DNA from: a virus
Taxonomy: Duplodnaviria > Caudoviricetes
Reading direction: 5' to 3' (one strand)
IMG/VR virus record: IMGVR_UViG_3300042445_000578
Span: 1-57,503 of that record
DNA: 57,503 nucleotides
The notes beneath the pieces are model-generated. The model saw only the letters and a list, made by a program, of their open reading frames with translations, did not search any database and was not told where the DNA came from. The stretch's first letter is position 1. Each line of letters begins with the position of its first letter. The position numbers were made by a program, and so were the translations under genes. This document shows, piece after piece, positions 9,896-18,366 of this stretch.

Positions 9896-10348
9896 TTATT
9901 GTCCTAAACGGTTAGTTGTTGCACGTTTCAATGTGTTCATCTCAGAGCGTAGTGTAGAACTTGTTACATCTAGCTCAACCTTTTGTGCAGCCAAGCCAGA
10001 ACGTAATTCTTTCTGTGTGCTTTCTGCAACAATCTTGGCTTCGCGCGCTGCCATCAACGCCTCTGCTAAACGCTCCTGCATCTTAGCTATTACCTCACGT
10101 TGATCCGCTACCTTCTCTTCTAGTAACTTAACCTTGCGCTCCGCGGCTGATGCGGATGAGGCAGTATCACTGTAGCCCTCATACATCTCTTTGACTTCGT
10201 TGAACTTGGTAATACCTGTATAGCCAGCACCCAAAATAGCAGGTACGCCAGCAATAATGAAGCCAGCTACCATTGTGTTTTGCTTAGCCCAAGTTACCCA
10301 CTTATCTACAAAGCCTTGTACTTTATCTAGTTTCTCTAAATCGCTCAT
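9896..10348 (-). CDS. Membrane-anchored coiled-coil protein
   Basis: One TM segment followed by a long coiled coil; next to lysis genes. Confidence 0.55.
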   Translation of the reverse strand: MSDLEKLDKVQGFVDKWVTWAKQNTMVAGFIIAGVPAILGAGYTGITKFNEVKEMYEGYSDTASSASAAERKVKLLEEKVADQREVIAKMQERLAEALMAAREAKIVAESTQKELRSGLAAQKVELDVTSSTLRSEMNTLKRATTNRLGQ

Positions 10349-11505
10349 TGTTCAAATCCTAAGTCTTGGTTGTATTCTGGCTGGTTAAAGCCCGTTTGTT
10401 GTAGCAGATCCATCATTATTAAGTCCTGCGTCAGTATGTTGTTTGGTATCCCACTCACCAACTGTGGTTCGAAGAATACGTTCGGCTGTGCTAACCCAGG
10501 TTTCACAAACAGCTCCAACGACAACACAAGGCCAACCACCGACTGCGTTTTTCCCTTTGGGGGTGGGGATGGGGATGCCTGTGTATTCGAGGTTGTCGGA
10601 GAATCCGTCTTTGGCGGGGCCTCCATCTTCACTTCTGGTTCGTCCTTTTTCTGTTCCCGTTCTTTCGGTTTCGGTGCTGGCGCCATCGGGATCGCTTCCG
10701 AGTTCGGAGCAATATTTGGGGTCGGCGCAGTTACAGGTGAGGATTGGATTATTGGGGCAGATGTGGTCGTAGGGGGTTTGACTGGACTCGCTGGGTTCAC
10801 AGGCGAAACAGGGTTGGTCGGGTTGTTTACTGACTTTTTGCAATTGTTGGATGTAGTCACCCAAGGTTGCCACACTGGACTCCCGTATGGATCTGGACAC
10901 ATCGAGGAACGCATCTGGATAATGCTCCCCGTATAGCCTGTTTGGCAGCTGAGTGTTTGTTGTTGGCTGCTTATTTGACATGTTGGCGGGTTTTTGACGC
11001 AGGTGTCTTGGATTTTGAACCAGTCGGCTTGGACTGGCTGACCATAGCTACCTGACGGACAGTTGGTTTCTTTTTTCCAGGTTTGCGTACCGCTGTAGTT
11101 GACGGGGCAGCTTCTTGTTTCGACTTGCGCTTGGTAGGTGCAGGTGACTGGGTTTGGGGTGCAAGTGTTTTGGATGACTGTCCACGGTTGCCAGGTGTTG
11201 TCTGGGCAGGTTTTTGTGCGGCTTTGCGTGATTTGACCACTGAAGTTGGTTGGGCAACTTTGGGTTTGCGTTTCGGTTTCAACTTGGCAGGTTGGCGCGG
11301 CTTGAGGGCAGATGGGGGAGATTCCTGGGTACGCTTGGCACGCAACGGCTTGACACTGGGCGAGGGTTGTTCCACCGTCAACGAAGAGGGTGCTGTAGAC
11401 TGGTTTCCCATTAGTCCACGTACCAGCATAACAAGCCGCTTGAACATTATTTGCTTTCGTCAGGCTTAACAGCAGCCAAGTCAACAAGAGGAGGAACCGA
11501 GCCAT
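10345..11505 (-). CDS. Exported Cys-rich repeat protein
   Basis: Probable start MARFLLLLTWLL.. (signal peptide); three ~52-aa repeats C..ETQ.C..(F/Y)(S/T)G...C...W....C; Pro/Thr-rich linker. Confidence 0.6.
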   Translation of the reverse strand: MARFLLLLTWLLLSLTKANNVQAACYAGTWTNGKPVYSTLFVDGGTTLAQCQAVACQAYPGISPICPQAAPTCQVETETQTQSCPTNFSGQITQSRTKTCPDNTWQPWTVIQNTCTPNPVTCTYQAQVETRSCPVNYSGTQTWKKETNCPSGSYGQPVQADWFKIQDTCVKNPPTCQISSQQQTLSCQTGYTGSIIQMRSSMCPDPYGSPVWQPWVTTSNNCKKSVNNPTNPVSPVNPASPVKPPTTTSAPIIQSSPVTAPTPNIAPNSEAIPMAPAPKPKEREQKKDEPEVKMEAPPKTDSPTTSNTQASPSPPPKGKTQSVVGLVLSLELFVKPGLAQPNVFFEPQLVSGIPNNILTQDLIMMDLLQQTGFNQPEYNQDLGFEQ

Positions 11506-11929
11506 ATAATTTCTTAAACTTTTCAGGATGACGTTTAATCCACTCGTTACGGGCAGCATCGCCAACGAGACCATCAATCGGACATGGTGTGCCTGACATC
11601 ATCATGGCATCCCAGTTCTCTTGTCTAGCTGAACAAGCAATAGCAACCGCAGCTACTTTAAGCCCGTTATTAGATAAGAATGTAGCCCACTTACGGCGTG
11701 AGCAGTCCTCATCCATCATGTAACTACCACCAGAGAAGCCAATCACCGTAGAGCTAATAGCTCCAGAAACAGCAACCAAACAGTTGTCTTGACTGAATGA
11801 ACTAATAGACGGCGCCATAGCACCTGCTGGCGGTTGACCTTTGTAATTGATCGTGGTGTCTTGAGCCATTGCACTAGCCATAAGACCACCTAACAAAAGC
11901 CCAACGAGTAAAGCTGTTAGGCTACGCAT
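11447..11929 (-). CDS. Exported Cys-containing protein
   Basis: Signal peptide (MRSLTALLVGLLLGGLMASAMA-Q); four Cys. Confidence 0.6.
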   Translation of the reverse strand: MRSLTALLVGLLLGGLMASAMAQDTTINYKGQPPAGAMAPSISSFSQDNCLVAVSGAISSTVIGFSGGSYMMDEDCSRRKWATFLSNNGLKVAAVAIACSARQENWDAMMMSGTPCPIDGLVGDAARNEWIKRHPEKFKKLYGSVPPLVDLAAVKPDESK

Positions 11930-12126
11930 TACCAAAGAATTCCAATAGTTGATACAGATGTTGCGGCAATAGTCACTGACTGTTTTGGCGTAGATAGATC
12001 TTGGCTACAATCATTGCATTTCTGCGCGGCTAACTCTGATTCATCAACATCACGATTACAGCTTGGGCAGTATATTTCAACCTTGTGCGCTACATCGCCA
12101 GCTTCTGCTTGTTTTTCAATAATCAT
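11929..12126 (-). CDS. Small zinc-ribbon protein
   Basis: CPSC...CNDC. Confidence 0.55.
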   Translation of the reverse strand: MIIEKQAEAGDVAHKVEIYCPSCNRDVDESELAAQKCNDCSQDLSTPKQSVTIAATSVSTIGILW

Positions 12127-12506
12127 ATTAACTCTTCATGGATTAAGGGTTTAACGCCCAACGATTTAAAAATATCTTCTTGACTAATACCTTCAGGAAT
12201 CATAGCCGGGTCAACAATATCATCTACACCGTCACCGTCTCTAATAGCATGTATACAGGCTGCTACAGTACCGTCCTCTAACGCAGTAATAGTATGTAAT
12301 TTACCTTTTTGTATAAAAATAATATGCGGTGCTTTAAACGTTGTTTTTGCACCCTCAACATCTACTTCAACGCTACCAATAGACAACAAGGTTGGGTGGT
12401 CAAATACGTGCTTGTGGCCTTCCATAAAATCACCAGCATGATTAAACTTCATTAGCTTAATCCAGACATTACTAATCAACGCCATCTGTACGGTTGGGTT
12501 GCTCAT
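12123..12506 (-). CDS. Cupin-fold protein
   Basis: GHKHVFDH..LL..GSVEV and PHIIFIQKGKLHTITALED cupin motifs. Confidence 0.7.
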   Translation of the reverse strand: MSNPTVQMALISNVWIKLMKFNHAGDFMEGHKHVFDHPTLLSIGSVEVDVEGAKTTFKAPHIIFIQKGKLHTITALEDGTVAACIHAIRDGDGVDDIVDPAMIPEGISQEDIFKSLGVKPLIHEELI

Positions 12507-12802
12507 ACTGTACCTACAGGAATAACTGAGTCTGTTAGAGGGCCTTCGGTATTAGGGTTAACGCTAACTTCACCAGTGCCCGTGTATGTGGCTACAACTC
12601 CATTTATATATGTAATTGTTAAAGTTTCCCCAGAAAGAACCGCATGGGCGGAACCACCATTGAGTAAGGTATTGGTATCCCATTCGTCAGCACAATTACA
12701 GTCTGTAGGTACTGGGCATGAGCAAGATGCTTTGTGCATCTCATATATAACTTTAGCTTCGTCAACTTCAGCAATTGCAATTAGTTCGTTAATATGTGCC
12801 AT
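12503..12802 (-). CDS. Hypothetical protein
   Basis: 99 aa ORF in operon, CSCPVPTDCNC cluster. Confidence 0.5.
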   Translation of the reverse strand: MAHINELIAIAEVDEAKVIYEMHKASCSCPVPTDCNCADEWDTNTLLNGGSAHAVLSGETLTITYINGVVATYTGTGEVSVNPNTEGPLTDSVIPVGTV

Positions 12803-12804
12803 GA

Positions 12805-13578
12805 TTAGAATGTAAAAGTAAAATCTGTGTAGTAACGAGTTTCGTATATTGGTTGGCCTGATTTAGTATACCCAACAATTACTTGATATGAACCCGCAAA
12901 CTGACCAAATGCTTGCCCCAAATTGTTCATTGAAATACTTGTACCTGTGTCTCCAGTACCGTTTCGCCCAGCATTTAAATATACGGTTACAGAGTTAGTG
13001 CCATTCCATCGTGCAGCAGCCATCCAGGCAGCTCCTGGAGCAGGACCTACTGGTGTACCCTGCCCAGTCTGTGCAGCAATATTTTGACCATACGCATAGA
13101 TTGGGTTACCAAAGATACAATTACAAGGATGTTTAACAAATCCTGATGCCCCCGTAGCATATTGAATTACGTTAGCATTAGCACTTGTAAGTGGGATCTG
13201 GACAATCTCGTTGTATTGGGCTGTAGCCGCTGTCCCTGTGTAGTATCGGAGCTGTGTCCATGAAGTAGAATTGGCGCCCGACCCCCAATAACCTATAGTC
13301 AATCGTAGAGCGCCATTAAAGTAATCTAAGCTAAACCCATAATTAGCGGAGTATACATAGTTATTAGAACTCAAGCCGTAGTAAGCACGTGTTGCGGAAG
13401 CGCCTCTAAACGACAACACATTAATAGCGCCAGATGTTGGTATCGGGCCGTTTGGGGCATATACGCCAGCACCTATGTAAGGGCCCCCTTGGTAATACTC
13501 AAAAATACCAGCTGGGTTAGTGCCCCCAAACTCTGTTTGAATATCAAATAAACCTACGGCACCATTACCAATTGTCAT
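12805..13578 (-). CDS. Tail-fibre tip / adhesin-like protein
   Basis: N-terminal DIQTEFGG..EYY..SGAIN..FRG domain paralogous to the N-terminus of 17485-18366; aromatic-rich C-domain. Confidence 0.55.
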   Translation of the reverse strand: MTIGNGAVGLFDIQTEFGGTNPAGIFEYYQGGPYIGAGVYAPNGPIPTSGAINVLSFRGASATRAYYGLSSNNYVYSANYGFSLDYFNGALRLTIGYWGSGANSTSWTQLRYYTGTAATAQYNEIVQIPLTSANANVIQYATGASGFVKHPCNCIFGNPIYAYGQNIAAQTGQGTPVGPAPGAAWMAAARWNGTNSVTVYLNAGRNGTGDTGTSISMNNLGQAFGQFAGSYQVIVGYTKSGQPIYETRYYTDFTFTF

Positions 13579-14351
13579 AAAGAACCCCCGCCAATTACGT
13601 TTCCAACGCAGGTTAAGTTGCCAGATGTGTCTAAGCGCATACGGTTTGTACCACCAGACCTAAATAACAATACGCCACCTGATTCAACAATTGTCCAGCC
13701 ACCACCTAAAGCAACTGTAGTTGCCGTAACGTTAGTAAGTGTTGCGTTACCGCCAGTAATAGCCACGGCGTTAGCATTTTGAGTTGCCATTGTGCCAAGC
13801 ACTGTCTGTGAAGCCGCTGTTATCCTACCCTGAGCATCTACTGTAACCGTTGCCGCTGAATAAGTTCCAGCTGTAACCGCCGTGTTAGCTAAGTTAACTG
13901 TTGTAGTATCACCTACTGTAGCCACGTTCATGCCAGTACCAGCAGCAACTACCGTTTGAGAGGCTGCTGTGTAAAAGGTTGTGCCATCACACCATACAAT
14001 TCTTGTTGTACCGTTAGCTATTGCTACGCCTGAACCGCCTGAAGTCTTAATTGTGACCGTTGCACCTGTGGCGTTTTTAATGATATAAGTCTTTTCAACC
14101 GCTGGGGCAATTAGGTTTTGAGCTGTTGAGTTAGTACCAATAAGGTTTAACACAGCATTACGGGCCTCATCTGGTAAGCCGTTATTGGCTGACAGGGTGT
14201 AAGTTGCATTAGCAAAAGTAATATCCACCACGTTAGTAATAGCAGACTCAATGATTGTGCCTAGGTTTGAATTGGTTGTATCACCCCAAACACCGTCTTG
14301 CTCACCAGCACCGATGAGTTCTATACGTAATGTTGTTGAATAAGTTGACAT
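13575..14351 (-). CDS. Short tail fibre protein
   Basis: Thr/Ala/Gly-rich; AGTY..ATVTVDAQGRITAA fibre motif; RMRLDTSGNLT C-terminus. Confidence 0.65.
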   Translation of the reverse strand: MSTYSTTLRIELIGAGEQDGVWGDTTNSNLGTIIESAITNVVDITFANATYTLSANNGLPDEARNAVLNLIGTNSTAQNLIAPAVEKTYIIKNATGATVTIKTSGGSGVAIANGTTRIVWCDGTTFYTAASQTVVAAGTGMNVATVGDTTTVNLANTAVTAGTYSAATVTVDAQGRITAASQTVLGTMATQNANAVAITGGNATLTNVTATTVALGGGWTIVESGGVLLFRSGGTNRMRLDTSGNLTCVGNVIGGGSL

Positions 14352-14360
14352 GTTAATTCC

Positions 14361-15026
14361 TTATGAAGGTATTTGAACCCACGTAGGGCTTTCAGATGTT
14401 GATATATTAACCCAATTTGGCGTTTGTGAGTCATCAATTAAGCCCCAAACAAGCACCTGGGCAACGATTCCTGTAGCAGAAACGCCTGTAACTGTTACTA
14501 GAGCCTTACCAATAATGCTGACATTACCTAATTCTGTTGTTCCTACTACCCCAGTAACAGGAGCAGCCACGTTAGCAGATACGGTAGCAGTGCCTAAGAA
14601 TGTCGTACCTACAATACCTGTTACATCAATAACCGCTTTAGATATTGTGCTTACATTACCAATTTCACCAATAGCCTGTAAGCCAGTAAGCGTAACAACA
14701 GCCGCCGCGTTGGCAGTAGCCGTGCCTAAAGCAGTGGTACCTTGAACGCCTGTAACAGATATAACCGCCGCACTAATAATGCTGACGTTGCCGATCTGTC
14801 CTGTGGCCTGTAAGCCTGTAACATCAATATTGGCTTCACCAACTACAGAAACCGTACCTACATAAACAATGCCTTCAACGCCAGTAGTAGCCGTAGAACC
14901 TGTACCAATTACAAATGGGGTGCCTATTTGGCCAGTAGCAGATACGCCTTCAGGATACGCAACTGTGCCTTCACTTACCGAACCGCTGGCAAATGGGGCT
15001 TCTGCGAATGATGAGGCTGCAAACAT
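14361..15026 (-). CDS. Val/Thr/Gly-repeat virion protein
   Basis: ~21-aa repeats VTG.Q(A/G)T..(I/L)G.V; MFA..SFAEAPFA N-terminus. Confidence 0.55.
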   Translation of the reverse strand: MFAASSFAEAPFASGSVSEGTVAYPEGVSATGQIGTPFVIGTGSTATTGVEGIVYVGTVSVVGEANIDVTGLQATGQIGNVSIISAAVISVTGVQGTTALGTATANAAAVVTLTGLQAIGEIGNVSTISKAVIDVTGIVGTTFLGTATVSANVAAPVTGVVGTTELGNVSIIGKALVTVTGVSATGIVAQVLVWGLIDDSQTPNWVNISTSESPTWVQIPS

Positions 15027-15027
15027 A

Positions 15028-15546
15028 CTATAGTGTACCCTCTATGAACTCAACAATAAAACCCCTATCCTGGTTGCTCCACGCAAATATTTGGTTGTTG
15101 TAGGCAAAGTCGTTTAAAAGAGGCTTTTTGTCAGCTGGTATGGTGTCGTAATGCTGAGAGTACTTAACCCATTGTTGCGTGTTAGTAGCAAAGTCATATT
15201 CGCTAAAAGAGATGTCATCACCAGTTGGTTTATAGTAAGTGGTTGGTTCGTCATTCTCAAAATACACATAATCATACGTAACGCCGTTTACCACTGCGTT
15301 TTCCTGAAATAGCTCTATGCTGTTGTCCGCAAAAACTCGAATTACAAAATCACCTGACACAAAGGATTGGCATAAAACCTGTTTGGTTGTGGCGTTATAA
15401 ATAGAATACAAGTAAAGGCAGTTAGGTTTAACTGTTTCAGCAATTGCTTTTTTTTCTGGAAATAACGTGCTACTTGGGTACTCGCCAGAAAGATTTAGGT
15501 TAGTAACAGAAGTTCCTTCGAGTTGATTAACGGTTAAAAACATCAC
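15028..15546 (-). CDS. Hypothetical protein
   Basis: 172 aa ORF in operon. Confidence 0.55.
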   Translation of the reverse strand: MMFLTVNQLEGTSVTNLNLSGEYPSSTLFPEKKAIAETVKPNCLYLYSIYNATTKQVLCQSFVSGDFVIRVFADNSIELFQENAVVNGVTYDYVYFENDEPTTYYKPTGDDISFSEYDFATNTQQWVKYSQHYDTIPADKKPLLNDFAYNNQIFAWSNQDRGFIVEFIEGTL

Positions 15547-15552
15547 ATTCCT

Positions 15553-16242
15553 TTAAATTTTGCTTTTAAAATCAAGTATTTCTTTTTGGTTCAACCCGTA
15601 TTGTGTAGCTAAACTTTCCATTTCAGGCGTCCATGTAACGGTTTCAGACAATATTTTAGCTTCAATAGAATTTAAATTTACAGCATTTAGTTCATGTTTT
15701 TCAAACGCCGCGCAAGACAAAGGGAACGCCGCCTTTACAAGTGTATACATAGCTTGGGCGTATTCATGTATTTCTCTTTGTGGATGCGCCGCTGTAAGGA
15801 ATGGATCATTAATTTCTGGGCTAAGCCTTAAATACATTGTGTACAAAAAGTTACGAAGGTTAAGCTTCCAAAAAGCCTCAACATAAACAGGCTCTAATCC
15901 AGTCTCAATATCAAAAACATCAAAAGAATGGTCACTAGCTGGCTGAGGATTGTTAAAAAACTCATTGGTCATATCTGCATATCTTTGACTTGCAATATTG
16001 GTTGTGGCGGTTCTATGCCGTAAAAGCTTGGCCATAGTAGCAAAAGTCATTTTTACTTTAAACTTTAACTCGCACATGTCAAACGGGGTAAAATGTTTTT
16101 GTCTAAACATATAGTCAATTAGCTTCTGGGGATCAACTTGGTCGTTACCCCAAAACTCCATAACGGCGTCAATAACCGCTTGGTCGTTACCCATTACATC
16201 TACTAATTTAACAAATCCATTTCCGTTCGATACTGTTATCAT
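15553..16242 (-). CDS. thyX: Flavin-dependent thymidylate synthase-like protein
   Basis: RHR-x7-S signature (RHRTATTNIASQRY), HFTPFD, NLRNF...LRL...HPQREI..YA. Confidence 0.7.
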   Translation of the reverse strand: MITVSNGNGFVKLVDVMGNDQAVIDAVMEFWGNDQVDPQKLIDYMFRQKHFTPFDMCELKFKVKMTFATMAKLLRHRTATTNIASQRYADMTNEFFNNPQPASDHSFDVFDIETGLEPVYVEAFWKLNLRNFLYTMYLRLSPEINDPFLTAAHPQREIHEYAQAMYTLVKAAFPLSCAAFEKHELNAVNLNSIEAKILSETVTWTPEMESLATQYGLNQKEILDFKSKI

Positions 16243-16700
16243 TTTATATCCACAAGTTTAGTGTGTTCATCCCCACATGTATCACCTTCCCAGCGAATAG
16301 TTACACTGGTCGGTTTAATACCTTCATCCCACTTCTCAAGACTTAAAAATGCACCACCTCTTTCTCCAACATGGAGCGCATGTGTGTCGCCACTTTTTAT
16401 GGTCGGCCCTAAAATACCAAATATATCAACATTAGGTGGTATTAAATTTATTATGTTGTTTTGTTTTGTGCCAATATCGCCACCTAATAGCATTATGATG
16501 TTGTTAACTCCAGGATGACTATGGTCTGGGGATCCTGTGTGTGGTCTTACCAAATAAAGCTCGGCCTGATACTGGCCTTCTCGGTAAAGCACGTAGCTAT
16601 AACTAATCTCAGTTACATAAATTGGGTCTTCTTTTGGAGGGCGCATTGGCATGCCATTAGCTTTGTACCACGCCGCAAACTCCTCAACCGTTTGCCACAT
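16239..16700 (-). CDS. Cupin-like protein (paralog A)
   Basis: LYREGQYQAELYL..P...PDHSHPGV; paralog of the next gene. Confidence 0.55.
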   Translation of the reverse strand: MWQTVEEFAAWYKANGMPMRPPKEDPIYVTEISYSYVLYREGQYQAELYLVRPHTGSPDHSHPGVNNIIMLLGGDIGTKQNNIINLIPPNVDIFGILGPTIKSGDTHALHVGERGGAFLSLEKWDEGIKPTSVTIRWEGDTCGDEHTKLVDIK

Positions 16701-17241
16701 TTTTTAGTTCCTCTAAGTAACCCATTGTTTTAGTAACGTCAGCATACCCATCTATGACAAGAGCTTCTGGGTAGATGCGTTTAATTAGTTTTTCTTGCAG
16801 AGGACCCACTGTTTTACCTTTCCAAGCTGCTGCAACAGTCGTTGGTATTCCAGATTTCCAGTGCTGTATTGCAAGTAACGGAAAGCCCGTTTCTTCGTTT
16901 TCAAATCGGACCCCCGCCCCGTGAGACTGGCCTTTCCTTAATACAGGGGAGACGTATGCAACATAATTATTATCACTTTCCTCTGCCAATCTAACTTTAA
17001 TAACATCTACTCCAGGGTGTTCATGGAACTGAACAAGTGGTTTTGGATGAATTAAATATAATTCTACTTGAAACTGCCCGTGCCTAAACAAACAAGTTGA
17101 GGTTGCATCATCAGACATAAAAACCTCAGCACCTTTAGGAAAAATTAGAGGTAGCCCGTTTTCAAGATACCAATCACAAAAAGCACTTACATCTTCCCAC
17201 GTTGTTGGTATATGTAACTTAGGTAGTTTATAAGTTTTCAT
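16684..17241 (-). CDS. Cupin-like protein (paralog B)
   Basis: LFRHGQFQVELYLIHP....HEHPGV. Confidence 0.55.
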   Translation of the reverse strand: MKTYKLPKLHIPTTWEDVSAFCDWYLENGLPLIFPKGAEVFMSDDATSTCLFRHGQFQVELYLIHPKPLVQFHEHPGVDVIKVRLAEESDNNYVAYVSPVLRKGQSHGAGVRFENEETGFPLLAIQHWKSGIPTTVAAAWKGKTVGPLQEKLIKRIYPEALVIDGYADVTKTMGYLEELKNVANG

Positions 17242-17488
17242 TTATTTTATTCAACGCTTTTGCCAGTAGTTCAGGGGGAATTTCTGTGCCATTATCCCCT
17301 CCATCCTTACTTTTATGTTCGTACCCATGCTCATCAATATAAACACAACGGTAATGAACCCCGCGAGTTTGAGAATAATAAAGTTCAAGCGCGTTTTTCA
17401 ATATACGGCTTGCGACATCATCTTTTGAAGCTAAATACTCATATTGCCCTATTAAACAATTAAAAACAATGTGTTTTTCTTCTATCAT
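17228..17488 (-). CDS. Hypothetical protein
   Basis: 86 aa ORF overlapping both neighbours. Confidence 0.5.
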   Translation of the reverse strand: MIEEKHIVFNCLIGQYEYLASKDDVASRILKNALELYYSQTRGVHYRCVYIDEHGYEHKSKDGGDNGTEIPPELLAKALNKINENL

Positions 17489-18366
17489 CCTAGTCCTCCA
17501 TACCTGTTACCTGTTGCTGACCATGTAATAAAACCGTTTCCGCTTACAGCTAAACCACCAGCTCCACCAACTCCACCGTTTGATGCTGGTACGCCATAGT
17601 AAAGAGTACCTGGGCTACCAGAGTTACCTGTAGCGCCCCAAGAAGCCCCGCTGCCGCCATTACCGCCGTAGTGAGTTGCATCAAGTACTACACCAGCACC
17701 ACCGCCGCCACCGCCGCCAGATGTTCCAGAGCCACCAGCATTAACCCCAGTACCCCCTGCTGAATTTGCTAGACCTGTTCTTCCACCGCCGCCGCCACCA
17801 CCGCTAAGAACTTGGTACGCACCACCAAAACCTTGTCCACCGCCACCGCCACCACCGCCGCCACCGCCAATATCTGAATTATTTTGAATGGTTACAGAAG
17901 TTCCAACAGCCAAGCCAGTTCCACCGCCACCACCAGCGCCGCCAGGGTTAGCAGCAGCTCCACCACCACCACCCATACCGATAACATATCCGTTGTTAAC
18001 AAAAGTTACGCCACCAGGCCATGAACCATCAATAGTTAACGCAGCCACACCTGTGTTTGATGAGTAAATCCAATAACCACCTGCTAACGTAATAGTAGCT
18101 GCAGAACTACCGTTCCAACCGTTAGCTAACGCCCAAGAGCGCAAGTTTAACTGGTCTTGGTTGCTAGAAATGGTGGCATTAAATGATGGTGAAGTAGCCT
18201 GTGTGCCGTAAAAGTCGCTAAAATTGATTGCACCTGAAGAGAACGTAAAAGGACCACCACTTGATGTGTAGTAAGTAGTCCCTCGGTATGCGTTTAAGTT
18301 GTTTCCTCTACCAAACTCAGCATTAATCTGAGCCATGGTTAGCGGTCCTGATGAAGGTAGTGCCAT
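17485..18366 (-). CDS. Glycine-rich adhesin (T-even gp38-like)
   Basis: Poly-Gly motifs (NNGYVIGMGGGGG, NNSDIGGGGGGG), C-terminal ITWSATGNRYG; follows the long fibre gene. Confidence 0.6.
   Translation of the reverse strand: MALPSSGPLTMAQINAEFGRGNNLNAYRGTTYYTSSGGPFTFSSGAINFSDFYGTQATSPSFNATISSNQDQLNLRSWALANGWNGSSAATITLAGGYWIYSSNTGVAALTIDGSWPGGVTFVNNGYVIGMGGGGGAAANPGGAGGGGGTGLAVGTSVTIQNNSDIGGGGGGGGGGGQGFGGAYQVLSGGGGGGGRTGLANSAGGTGVNAGGSGTSGGGGGGGAGVVLDATHYGGNGGSGASWGATGNSGSPGTLYYGVPASNGGVGGAGGLAVSGNGFITWSATGNRYGGLG

Noticed and set aside
10385-11447. Alternative-frame ORFs (198 aa and 158 aa) inside the Cys-rich gene as a possible embedded o-spanin
   Set aside because: No signal peptide or lipobox; GC-rich repetitive coding sequence explains the lack of stops
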